Below are positions 1-7,603 of a stretch of DNA of 14,831 nucleotides, piece by piece (position 1 is the stretch's first letter; each line of letters starts with the position of its first letter). Position numbers and translations under genes: made by a program. This DNA comes from a virus. Under the pieces are notes generated by a model. It saw nothing but the letters and a program-made list of their open reading frames with translations, had not been told where the DNA came from and did not search any database. The stretch lies in UHGV virus genome UHGV-0154790; one strand, written 5' to 3'.

Positions 1-80
1 GAATCTGACGTAAAAACCTTCAATTACACGGCTCACCTGTGGGATATCCGGTGGCTTAGAGAACGTGCGAGGAAAACAAG

Positions 81-251
81 GTGATTGACCCAAATCGAAG
101 TTACGAACAACAAAGCGTCGAGCGGGCTTTAACGTGCGCTAACTGCGGTCAGAAGCTGCATGTGCTGGAAGTTCACGTGTGTGAGCACTGCTGTGCAGAA
201 CTGATGAGCGATCCGAATAGCTCAATGTACGAGGAAGAAGACGATGAGTGA
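81..251 (+). CDS. ninF: NinF-like small zinc-finger protein (56 aa; absent from the ORF track)
   Basis: GTG at 81 preceded by GAGG at 69-72; in-frame stop TGA 249-251; upstream in-frame stop at 57-59. Translation VIDPNRSYEQQSVERALTCANCGQKLHVLEVHVCEHCCAELMSDPNSSMYEEEDDE carries a CxxC...CxxCC motif and resembles lambda NinF as I recall it. Stop overlaps the next gene's start (ATGA). Confidence 0.6.
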   Translation: MIDPNRSYEQQSVERALTCANCGQKLHVLEVHVCEHCCAELMSDPNSSMYEEEDDE

Positions 252-513
252 TTTCTCTGAGCTTATTTCCTTCAAAAAAGACAGAGAAGAAATGCGGACT
301 GAATCTGTCTATTACGTTCAACACCGGAATAAACGCTCTGTGCTTGATCAGGAGCTGGTTATTACCGGAAACCTGGCATTCAGAACATATAAGGCCAGCA
401 TGGAAATGAAGGATTTCCCTAAATGTGGTTCTGAAAGAGAAGCCGCGTTAAAGCTGGCTGAGTGGATGCAGAGAATGGCTGCTGCAATTGAGAATTACTG
501 GAGTGAACCATAA
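244..513 (+). CDS. hypothetical nin-region protein (89 aa)
   Basis: ORF with AGGAAG-type RBS upstream of ATG 244; stop overlaps the next start (TAATG at 510-515); no motif I recognise. Confidence 0.6.
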   Translation: MSDFSELISFKKDREEMRTESVYYVQHRNKRSVLDQELVITGNLAFRTYKASMEMKDFPKCGSEREAALKLAEWMQRMAAAIENYWSEP

Positions 514-803
514 TGGCTAACCTACGCAAAGAAGCACGCGGCAGAGAATGCCAGGTACGTATTTACGGCGTATGCAATGGCAACCCTGAAACTACAGTTC
601 TGGCACATTACCGGATGGCTGGAATTTGCGGAACGGGAATGAAGCCTGACGACCTGATCGGCGCATGGGCTTGTAGCGCGTGTCACGATGAAATCGACCG
701 ACGTACCCATAATATCGACAACAAAGACGCCAGACTTTACCACCTCGAAGGCGTAATCAGGACGCAGGCGATACTGCTGAAGGAGGGGAAGATTAAGTCA
801 TGA
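513..803 (+). CDS. YbcO-like DUF1364 protein (putative Cys-rich nuclease)
   Basis: 96 aa with several Cys/His (CQVRIYGVC, CSACHDEID); resembles DLP12 YbcO from memory; sits directly upstream of rusA as in DLP12/phage 82-type nin regions; stop overlaps the rusA start (ATGA). Confidence 0.7.
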   Translation: MANLRKEARGRECQVRIYGVCNGNPETTVLAHYRMAGICGTGMKPDDLIGAWACSACHDEIDRRTHNIDNKDARLYHLEGVIRTQAILLKEGKIKS

Positions 804-1162
804 ACGAATATCAGTTTGTGCTTCCTTACCCGCCGTCGGTGAATACCTACTGGCGAAGACGGGGAAGCCAATACTACATCAGCGATAAAGGCCAGAAATA
901 CCGAAAAGACGTTCAGCAAATCATCCGCCAACTCAAGTTAGACATTTTCACCAAATCACGACTCCGCATCAAAGTAATCGCAGACGTTCCAGACTCCCGC
1001 CGCCGCGACCTCGATAACATCCTGAAAGGTTTACTCGATTCCCTTATCCACGCCGGATTTGCGGAAGACGACGAGCAATTCGATGACATTCGCGTAATTC
1101 GTGGTGTGAAAGTACCAGGCGGACGGCTTGGAATAAAAATCACCGAACTGGAGAACGCATGA
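800..1162 (+). CDS. rusA: RusA-family Holliday junction resolvase
   Basis: 120 aa; N-terminal LPYPPSVNTYW and the acidic RRRDLDN motif typical of RusA; GGAGG RBS upstream; stop overlaps the next start. Confidence 0.9.
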   Translation: MNEYQFVLPYPPSVNTYWRRRGSQYYISDKGQKYRKDVQQIIRQLKLDIFTKSRLRIKVIADVPDSRRRDLDNILKGLLDSLIHAGFAEDDEQFDDIRVIRGVKVPGGRLGIKITELENA

Positions 1163-1347
1163 ACGCCACAATTCAAACGATACCAGAGCTTCTTATCCAG
1201 ACACGAGGCAATCAGACCGAAGTGGCGAGGATGCTTTCCTGCGCAAGAGGAACAGTGCTCAAGTACAACCGAGACAGCAAAGGCGAGCGTCACGTAATAG
1301 TTAACGGCGTCCTGATGGTCAAACAGGGCAAAAGGGGAAGGCCATGA
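1159..1347 (+). CDS. ninH: NinH-like small DNA-binding protein
   Basis: 62 aa; GNQTEVARMLSCARGTVLKY resembles the lambda NinH helix-turn-helix; lies immediately upstream of Q as in lambda. Confidence 0.75.
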   Translation: MNATIQTIPELLIQTRGNQTEVARMLSCARGTVLKYNRDSKGERHVIVNGVLMVKQGKRGRP

Positions 1348-1967
1348 GACTCGAAAGCGTAGCTAAATTTCATTCGCCAAAAAGCCCGATGATGAGCGAC
1401 TCACCACGGGCTACGGCCTCTGACTCTCTTTCCGGTACTGATGTGATGGCTGCTATGGGGATGGCGCAATCACAAGCAGGATTCGGAATGGCTGCATTCT
1501 GCGGTAAGCATGAACTCAGCCAGAACGACAAACAAAAGGCTATCAACTATCTGATGCAATTTGCACACAAGGTATCTGGGAAATACCGTGGCGTGGCAAA
1601 GCTCGAAGGAAATACTAAGGCAAAGGTACTGCAAGTGCTCGCAACATTCGCTTATGCGGATTATTGCCGTAGTGCCGCGACGCCGGGCGCAAGATGCAGA
1701 GATTGCCACGGTACAGGCCGTGCGGTCGATATTGCCAAAACAGAACTGTGGGGGAGAGTTGTTGAGAAAGAATGCGGAAGATGCAAAGGTGTCGGCTATT
1801 CAAGAATGCCAGCAAGCGCCGCATATCGCGCTGTAACGATGCTAATCCCAAACCTTACTCAACCCACCTGGTCACGCACTGTTAAGCCGCTGTATGACGC
1901 TCTGGTGGTGCAATGCCACAAGGAAGAGTCAATCGCAGACAATATCTTGAATGCGGTCACACGTTAG
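1344..1967 (+). CDS. Q: late-gene antiterminator Q (lambda type)
   Basis: 207 aa with the zinc-finger cysteines CRDCHGTG...CGRCKG; sequence matches lambda Q as I recall it; followed by a pR'-like promoter and terminator. Confidence 0.9.
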   Translation: MRLESVAKFHSPKSPMMSDSPRATASDSLSGTDVMAAMGMAQSQAGFGMAAFCGKHELSQNDKQKAINYLMQFAHKVSGKYRGVAKLEGNTKAKVLQVLATFAYADYCRSAATPGARCRDCHGTGRAVDIAKTELWGRVVEKECGRCKGVGYSRMPASAAYRAVTMLIPNLTQPTWSRTVKPLYDALVVQCHKEESIADNILNAVTR

Positions 1968-2009
1968 CAGCATAATTGCCACGGATGGCAACATATTAAC
2001 GGCATAATA

Positions 2010-2051
2010 TTGACTTTTTGAATAAAGTTGGGTAAATTTGACTCAACGATG
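2010..2051 (+). promoter_or_regulatory. late promoter pR' with qut region and promoter-proximal pause element
   Basis: -35 TTGACT (2010-2015), 17-bp spacer, -10 TAAATT (2033-2038); downstream TTGACTCAACGATGG with the -10-like AACGAT in the initial transcribed region, as at lambda pR'. Confidence 0.7.
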
Positions 2052-2073
2052 GATAAATGCACTCGTTAAATAA

Positions 2074-2108
2074 AGCCCTGAGTTAATAGCTCGGGGCTTT
2101 TTGCGTTT
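2074..2108 (+). terminator. intrinsic terminator just downstream of pR' (tR'-like, target of Q antitermination)
   Basis: 9-bp stem AGCCCTGAG / CTCGGGGCT (one G-U pair), 7-nt loop, then TTTTTGCGTTTT. Confidence 0.7.
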
Positions 2109-2245
2109 TAAGCACGGCCTTTCTGAAAGCACATCAAACCAAATACCAGACAGACCAAAATAATCACCTTATCCGCTGTGGCTACGGTGCGGTGTGCTTT
2201 GCATAAAAGAAAACCAGCTCAATGGCTGGCTTCGTGAAAGCGGGT

Positions 2246-2280
2246 GGCAAGAGGTTGCGCTAACAACCTCCTGCCGTTTT
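2246..2280 (+). other. hairpin with T-tract in the S leader
   Basis: GGCAAGAGGTTG-CGCTAA-CAACCTCCTGCC (12-bp stem, one mismatch) followed by GTTTT; the stretch from here to S looks lambda-like from memory. Confidence 0.4.
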
Positions 2281-2400
2281 GCCCGTGCATATCGGTCACG
2301 AACAAATCTGATTACTAAACACAGTAGCCTGGATTTGTTCTATCAGTAATCGACCTTATTCCTAATTAAATAGAGCAAATCCCCTTATTGGGGGTAAGAC

Positions 2401-2724
2401 ATGAAGATGCCAGAAAAACATGACCTGTTAGCCGCCATTCTCGCGGCAAAGGAACAAGGCATCGGGGCAATCCTTGCGTTTGCAATGGCGTACCTTCGCG
2501 GCAGATATAATGGCGGTGCGTTTACAAAAACAGTAATCGACGCAACGATGTGCGCCATTATCGCCTGGTTCATTCGTGACCTTCTCGACTTCGCCGGACT
2601 AAGTAGCAATCTCGCTTATATAACGAGCGTGTTCATCGGCTACATCGGTACTGACTCGATTGGTTCGCTTATCAAACGCTTCGCTGCTAAAAAAGCCGGA
2701 GTAGAAGATGGTGGAAATCAATAA
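2401..2724 (+). CDS. S: class I holin/antiholin S (dual-start, lambda S107/S105 type)
   Basis: 107 aa beginning MKMPEKHD (Met1-Lys2-Met3 dual-start motif); hydrophobic segments; sequence matches lambda S as recalled; overlaps the R start. Confidence 0.9.
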   Translation: MKMPEKHDLLAAILAAKEQGIGAILAFAMAYLRGRYNGGAFTKTVIDATMCAIIAWFIRDLLDFAGLSSNLAYITSVFIGYIGTDSIGSLIKRFAAKKAGVEDGGNQ

Positions 2725-3184
2725 TCAACGTAAGGCGTTCCTTGATATGCTGGCGTGGTCAGAGGGAACTGATAACGGACGGCAGAAAACCAGAAATCAT
2801 GGTTATGACGTCATTGTTGGCGGAGAGCTATTCACTGATTACTCCGATCACCCTCGCAAACTTGTCACGCTAAACCCCAAACTCAAATCAACAGCAGCCG
2901 GACGTTACCAGCTTCTTTCCCGTTGGTGGGATGCCTATCGTAAGCAGCTTGGCTTGAAAGATTTCTCTCCGAAAAGCCAGGACGCTGTGGCACTGCAGCA
3001 GATTAAAGAGCGTGGCGCTTTACCGATGATTGATCGCGGTGATATCCGTCAGGCTATCGACCGTTGCAGCAATATCTGGGCTTCATTGCCGGGCGCTGGT
3101 TATGGTCAGTTCGAGCATAAGGCTGACAGCCTGATTGCAAAATTCAAAGAAGCGGGTGGAACGGTCAGAGAGATTGAGGTATGA
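2708..3184 (+). CDS. R: endolysin R (lambda-type lytic transglycosylase)
   Basis: 158 aa; [24 protein letters not shown] with the catalytic Glu in the WSEGT context; matches lambda R as recalled. Confidence 0.9.
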   Translation: MVEINNQRKAFLDMLAWSEGTDNGRQKTRNHGYDVIVGGELFTDYSDHPRKLVTLNPKLKSTAAGRYQLLSRWWDAYRKQLGLKDFSPKSQDAVALQQIKERGALPMIDRGDIRQAIDRCSNIWASLPGAGYGQFEHKADSLIAKFKEAGGTVREIEV

Positions 3185-3618
3185 GCAGAATAACCGCGAT
3201 TATCTCCGCTCTGGTTATCTGCATCATCGTCTGCCTGTCATGGGCTGTTAATCATTACCGTGATAACGCCATCGCCTACAAAGAGCAGCGCGATAAGGCC
3301 ACATCCACAATCGCTGACATGCAGAAGCGTCAACGTGACGTAGCAGAACTCGATGCCAGATATACAAAGGAGCTTGCTGATGCTAACGCGACTATCGAAA
3401 GTCTCCGTGCTGATGTTTCTGCTGGCCGTAAGCGCCTGCAAGTCGCCGCCACCTGTGCAAAGTCAACGACCGGAGCCAGCGGCATGGGCGATGGAGAAAG
3501 CCCAAGACTTACAGCAGATGCTGAACTCAATTATTACCGTCTCCGAAGTGGAATCGACAGGATAACTGCGCAGGTTAACTACCTGCAGGAGTACATCAGG
3601 ACGCAATGCCTGAAATAA
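3181..3618 (+). CDS. Rz: i-spanin Rz
   Basis: 145 aa; N-terminal signal-anchor TM ([18 protein letters not shown]) then a charged, probably coiled-coil periplasmic domain; ATGA overlap with the R stop; contains Rz1 in another frame. Confidence 0.85.
   Translation: MSRITAIISALVICIIVCLSWAVNHYRDNAIAYKEQRDKATSTIADMQKRQRDVAELDARYTKELADANATIESLRADVSAGRKRLQVAATCAKSTTGASGMGDGESPRLTADAELNYYRLRSGIDRITAQVNYLQEYIRTQCLK
3380..3565 (+). CDS. Rz1: o-spanin Rz1 (outer-membrane lipoprotein, embedded in Rz)
   Basis: Lies within Rz in a different frame; AAGGAG (3366-3371) 8 nt upstream of ATG 3380; signal peptide [20 protein letters not shown] with lipobox VSAC; Pro-rich mature part ([13 protein letters not shown]). 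Confidence 0.75.
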   Translation: MLTRLSKVSVLMFLLAVSACKSPPPVQSQRPEPAAWAMEKAQDLQQMLNSIITVSEVESTG

Positions 3619-3651
3619 TTTTTTTTTGCAAATCACAAAGTCCATTTAATG

Positions 3652-3677
3652 AGCCTCGCGATGCGGGGCTTTTTTTA
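3652..3677 (+). terminator. intrinsic terminator after the lysis cassette
   Basis: GCCTCGC-GAT-GCGGGGC stem-loop followed by TTTTTTT. Confidence 0.6.
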
Positions 3678-3825
3678 CATCTGAATTTCACAGCGCATCT
3701 CACGCGCATATTACATCACCCGAGCCTTTCAGAAAGTTGAGCCTGAGAACTGTCGTATATGGTGGCGACCATCTCGGGGCGGCTTTTCTGTGAGACAGGC
3801 TCACTTTCTAAAAGGTAAAGACGCT

Positions 3826-4350
3826 ATGAATAATCATTCAGTTATTCCATCCTTCGACTTCCGAGAAATGGTGCAAGCCAAAAACGGAGAGGTCGTTACC
3901 ACATCCAGAAAAATTGCCAAGTACTTCGGCAAGCGACACGGTGATGTTCTCAGGAAAATCGAGCAGGTTAAGGCTGATTGCTCGCGTGAGTTTAGCCAAC
4001 GCAATTTTGCGTCGGCTGATTATATCGATGAGCAGGGCAAGGTTCGCCCGATGTACAGCCTGACGAAAGATGGCTGGATCATGGTTGTGATGGGGTTCAC
4101 CGGGAAAGCTGCTGCGGCAATCAAGGAGAGCTATATCGCAGCATTCAACTGGATGGCAGAGCAACTGAGCCGCCGCATGGCAATTGGCGAAGAAATGCAG
4201 CACCGCTACGCCATCAAAGAAACACGCTCAAAGCTGAAAGGTACGATCGGCAGTCGGTTAATGAACGAACGGAAGAAAGAGAAGCGTGTCCTGGCTGTCG
4301 AGCATGAATACATCTTGCAGGTGACACAGCCTGAACTGCTGATTAATTGA
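3826..4350 (+). CDS. Rha-family phage regulatory protein
   Basis: N-terminal TTSRKIAKYFGKRHGDVLRKIE...YSLTKDGW is typical of the Rha domain; ATG 3826 has an AAGG RBS, whereas the track's GTG at 3790 has none. Confidence 0.75.
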   Translation: MNNHSVIPSFDFREMVQAKNGEVVTTSRKIAKYFGKRHGDVLRKIEQVKADCSREFSQRNFASADYIDEQGKVRPMYSLTKDGWIMVVMGFTGKAAAAIKESYIAAFNWMAEQLSRRMAIGEEMQHRYAIKETRSKLKGTIGSRLMNERKKEKRVLAVEHEYILQVTQPELLIN

Positions 4351-4708
4351 AGATGTCATTACAAAGCCTATCTACTGGTGGGCTTGATAATGAAACCGGA
4401 ATTTATTCTGGGCAACCAGTTACGGCAGTACCGCGAAACAACCCAAGCCAGTAAGTGGGGAAATAACACTGGCAGCCACTGAAAGATGAACCTCCTGCCT
4501 TATGGCAAAAAAGATTCTTTGTGGTGGCGGACTGATGGAAAGACATCGGTTATTGCAGAGGCCATTCAATGAGTGGTCTCGACAATGGCTTATACCCTAC
4601 ACGGGATAACTTAACTGATATCCCTTTTAACGGATAAACGGAGCCAATAATGGCAGAGAATGTCGGCATTATGGCAGTGAAATTTGGATAAATCGGAGAT
4701 TAGTACAT

Positions 4709-5059
4709 ATGCCGCCACGAACCCCAAAAGCCTGCAGTGTTCGCGGCTGCCGCCATACCACAACTGACCCGTCAGGCTATTGCGAAAGCCACAAAAGTGA
4801 AGGCTGGAAGCAATACAAGCCGGGCCAGTCCAGACACCAGCGCGGTTATGGTTCGAAATGGGATGTTATCCGTGAACGTGTGCTCAAGCGTGACAAAGGA
4901 CTGTGTCAGTTATGTCTGCGTGGTGGTGTGGTACGTGAGGCGAAAACCGTTGACCACATCATTCCTAAAGCGCATGGCGGCACAGATGCCGACAGCAATC
5001 TGCAGAGCCTGTGCTGGCCGTGCCATAAGGCGAAGACGGCCCGTGAACGGCTAAAGTGA
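4709..5059 (+). CDS. HNH endonuclease (terminase-associated, HK97 gp74-like)
   Basis: 116 aa; N-terminal Cys cluster (CSVRGCRH...YCESH) and C-terminal HNH motif DHIIPKAHGG...SNLQSLCWPCHKAKT; lies directly upstream of the terminase genes. Confidence 0.9.
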   Translation: MPPRTPKACSVRGCRHTTTDPSGYCESHKSEGWKQYKPGQSRHQRGYGSKWDVIRERVLKRDKGLCQLCLRGGVVREAKTVDHIIPKAHGGTDADSNLQSLCWPCHKAKTARERLK

Positions 5060-5184
5060 TAATAATTCTCAACTGTCTGAGGGGAGGGGCGGGTCAAATC
5101 CCTGTGACCTGGCGTCTTCCGGACTGCCCGCCCCATCGTTTTTTTATACCCGCGAAAAATGAAATTTAACCAGGAGTGCCGCAT
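5060..5184 (+). other. candidate cos region with GC-rich inverted repeats
   Basis: Intergenic between HNH and terS; GGGGCGGG (5086-5093) pairs with CCCGCCCC (5127-5134), nested GGTCA/TGACC (5092-5096 / 5105-5109), then a T9 run (5139-5147). HK97-type phages place cos between the HNH gene and terS. Confidence 0.4.
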
Positions 5185-5679
5185 ATGGCTGGAACGGCGG
5201 GGCGTTCCGGGCGTCGCCCCAAGCCAACGGCGCGCAAGGCGCTGGCCGGAAACCCCGGCAAGCGAGCCCTGAACAAAGATGAACCTGTTTTTACGCCCAT
5301 CAAAGGTGTTGAGCCACCAGAGTGGTTCGCTGAAGAAGATCTCCCTCTCGCCACGATCATGTGGCAACTGACAACCAAAGAACTCTGCGGTCATGGCCTG
5401 TTGTGCGTGACTGACCTCGCGGTGCTTGAGCGGTGGTGCGTGGCCTATGAGTTCTGGCGACGTGCCGTGAAAAATATTGCCATACAGGGCAACACCATCA
5501 CCGGTGCAATGGGCGGCAGGGTCAAAAATCCGGAGCTGACCGCCAAAAAAGAACAGGAGTCCGAGATGAGCAGCACGGGGGCAATGCTCGGACTCGACCC
5601 CAGCAGCCGCCAGCGTCTGATTGGCCTGGCGGGGCAGAAGAAAGCCACTAACCCGTTTCTGAAAATCATCGAGTCATGA
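5185..5679 (+). CDS. terminase small subunit (P27-like family)
   Basis: AGGAG (5172-5176) 8 nt upstream of ATG 5185 (the track's GTG 5176 lies inside the RBS); basic N-terminus; stop overlaps the terL start (ATGA). Confidence 0.8.
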   Translation: MAGTAGRSGRRPKPTARKALAGNPGKRALNKDEPVFTPIKGVEPPEWFAEEDLPLATIMWQLTTKELCGHGLLCVTDLAVLERWCVAYEFWRRAVKNIAIQGNTITGAMGGRVKNPELTAKKEQESEMSSTGAMLGLDPSSRQRLIGLAGQKKATNPFLKIIES

Positions 5680-7409
5680 GCCGGAAATCTTACCCCAACG
5701 TAAATGCTGCCAATCAGTATGCCCGTGATGTTGTGCGCGGAAAGATTGTGGCCTGCCAGTTTGTGATTCAGGCCTGCCAGCGCCATCTTGATGACCTGAT
5801 GGCGGAAAAAAGTAAGTCGTTTCGTTACCGCTTCGACAAGGACCTGGCTGAACGGGCCGCCAAATTTATTCAGCTGTTGCCGCACACCAAGGGTGAGTGG
5901 GCATTCAAGAGGATGCCCATCACGCTGGAGCCGTGGCAGCTATTTGTGGTCTGCTGTGCGTTTGGCTGGGTCAATAAAGGGTCCCGGCTGCGCCGCTTCC
6001 GGGAGGTGTATACCGAAATCCCCCGTAAGAACGGCAAATCGGCAATCTCTGCCGGTGTTGCCCTGTATTGTTTTGCCTGTGATAACGAGTTTGGCGCGGA
6101 AGTGTATTCCGGTGCCACGACAGAGAAACAGGCGTGGGAAGTCTTTCGCCCGGCGCGACTGATGTGTAAACGCACACCCATGCTGACGGAAGCGTTCGGG
6201 ATTGAGGTTAACGCCTCAAACATGAATCGTCCGGAGGATGGCGCGCGGTTTGAACCGCTGATCGGTAACCCCGGTGATGGTTCATCACCCCACTGTGCGG
6301 TGGTGGATGAATATCACGAGCACGCCACCGATGCGCTTTACACCACGATGCTTACCGGGATGGGGGCGCGACGTCAGCCACTGATGTGGGCCATTACTAC
6401 TGCCGGGTACAACATTGAGGGGCCGTGCTACGACAAGCGGCGGGAAGTCATCGAGATGCTCAACGGCTCGGTGCCCAACGATGAACTGTTCGGGATCATC
6501 TATACCGTTGATGAAGGTGATGACTGGACCGACCCGCAGGTGCTGGAAAAAGCTAACCCGAATATTGGCGTGTCGGTTTATCGCGAATTTTTGTTAAGTC
6601 AGCAGCAGCGTGCGAAAAATAACGCCCGTCTGGCAAACGTCTTTAAAACAAAACACCTCAATATCTGGGTGTCGGCGCGTTCGGCGTATTTCAACCTGGT
6701 GAGCTGGCAGAGCTGCGAGGATAAATCACTGACCCTTGAGCAGTTCGAGGGGCAACCGTGCATTCTGGCCTTTGACCTGGCGCGTAAGCTGGATATGAAC
6801 AGCATGGCGCGACTTTATACCCGCGAGATTGACGGTAAAACGCATTACTACAGTGTGGCTCCGCGCTTCTGGGTACCGTATGACACGGTGTACAGCGTCG
6901 AGAAAAATGAAGATCGCCGGACAGCCGAACGCTTTCAGAAATGGGTGGAAATGGGCGTTCTGACCGTTACCGATGGTGCGGAGGTGGATTATCGCTACAT
7001 CCTCGAGGAGGCCAAAGCGGCGAACAAAATCAGCCCGGTCAGTGAGTCACCCATCGACCCCTTCGGGGCGACCGGGTTGTCACATGACCTTGCTGATGAA
7101 GACCTGAATCCCGTCACTATCATTCAGAACTACACCAACATGTCCGACCCGATGAAAGAGCTGGAAGCGGCAATTGAATCGGGGCGCTTTCATCATGATG
7201 GCAATCCCATCATGACCTGGTGTATCGGCAATGTGGTCGGCAAAACCATTCCGGGTAACGATGATGTGGTGAAACCCGTCAAAGAGCAGGCGGAAAACAA
7301 AATTGACGGTGCAGTTGCGCTGATTATGGCGGTTGGCAGAGCCATGCTGTACGAGAAAGAAGACACGCTGTCTGACCACATTGAGTCCTATGGGATCCGC
7401 TCGCTTTAA
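5676..7409 (+). CDS. terminase large subunit (HK97 type)
   Basis: 577 aa; P-loop-like PRKNGKS with acidic motifs further on (VVDEYHE); size and position between terS and portal. Confidence 0.9.
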   Translation: MSRKSYPNVNAANQYARDVVRGKIVACQFVIQACQRHLDDLMAEKSKSFRYRFDKDLAERAAKFIQLLPHTKGEWAFKRMPITLEPWQLFVVCCAFGWVNKGSRLRRFREVYTEIPRKNGKSAISAGVALYCFACDNEFGAEVYSGATTEKQAWEVFRPARLMCKRTPMLTEAFGIEVNASNMNRPEDGARFEPLIGNPGDGSSPHCAVVDEYHEHATDALYTTMLTGMGARRQPLMWAITTAGYNIEGPCYDKRREVIEMLNGSVPNDELFGIIYTVDEGDDWTDPQVLEKANPNIGVSVYREFLLSQQQRAKNNARLANVFKTKHLNIWVSARSAYFNLVSWQSCEDKSLTLEQFEGQPCILAFDLARKLDMNSMARLYTREIDGKTHYYSVAPRFWVPYDTVYSVEKNEDRRTAERFQKWVEMGVLTVTDGAEVDYRYILEEAKAANKISPVSESPIDPFGATGLSHDLADEDLNPVTIIQNYTNMSDPMKELEAAIESGRFHHDGNPIMTWCIGNVVGKTIPGNDDVVKPVKEQAENKIDGAVALIMAVGRAMLYEKEDTLSDHIESYGIRSL

Positions 7410-7420
7410 CTGAGGTAATT

Positions 7421-7603
7421 ATGATCATGCTGATTCTCGCGCCTCTGGTGGGCGTGCTGGGGGCGCTTTTGCTGGCGTATGGTGCCTGGCTGATTTATCC
7501 CCCGGCGGGGTTTGTTGTTGCCGGGGCGTTGTGCCTGTTCTGGTCGTGGCTGGTAGCGCGATATCTCGACCGTACACAGCTGTCTGTTGGTGGAGGTAAA
7601 TAG
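7421..7603 (+). CDS. small hydrophobic membrane protein (60 aa, two predicted TM segments)
   Basis: GAGG RBS 6 nt upstream of ATG 7421; two hydrophobic stretches ([23 protein letters not shown] and [16 protein letters not shown]); its stop TAG 7601-7603 overlaps the portal GTG start and its 3' end carries the portal RBS. Confidence 0.6.
   Translation: MIMLILAPLVGVLGALLLAYGAWLIYPPAGFVVAGALCLFWSWLVARYLDRTQLSVGGGK

Noticed and set aside
1968-2400. Possible toxin or moron cargo (for example stx) between Q and S
   Set aside because: The Q-S interval is only about 430 bp and contains just the promoter, terminator and leader; there is no ORF and no tRNA-like sequence.
3353-3379. First Met (3353) of the Rz1 frame as the start
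   Set aside because: No RBS; the internal Met at 3380 has AAGGAG 8 nt upstream and begins a canonical lipoprotein signal peptide.
3700-3790. Sigma-70 promoter for the Rha gene (TTGAGC ... TATATG)
   Set aside because: Spacing and -10 match are poor; cannot be supported from sequence alone.
3790-3825. GTG 3790 as the Rha start
   Set aside because: No Shine-Dalgarno upstream, whereas ATG 3826 has an AAGG RBS.
4737-5054. Alternative-frame + strand ORFs nested in real genes (4737-5054, 1561-1836, 5893-6162, 6415-6597, 10031-10291, 11374-11559, 11942-12133, 13399-13599, 13702-13893)
   Set aside because: They overlap recognised genes in another frame and have no independent RBS or motif support.
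5176-5184. GTG 5176 as the terS start
   Set aside because: The GTG lies inside the AGGAG RBS that serves ATG 5185.
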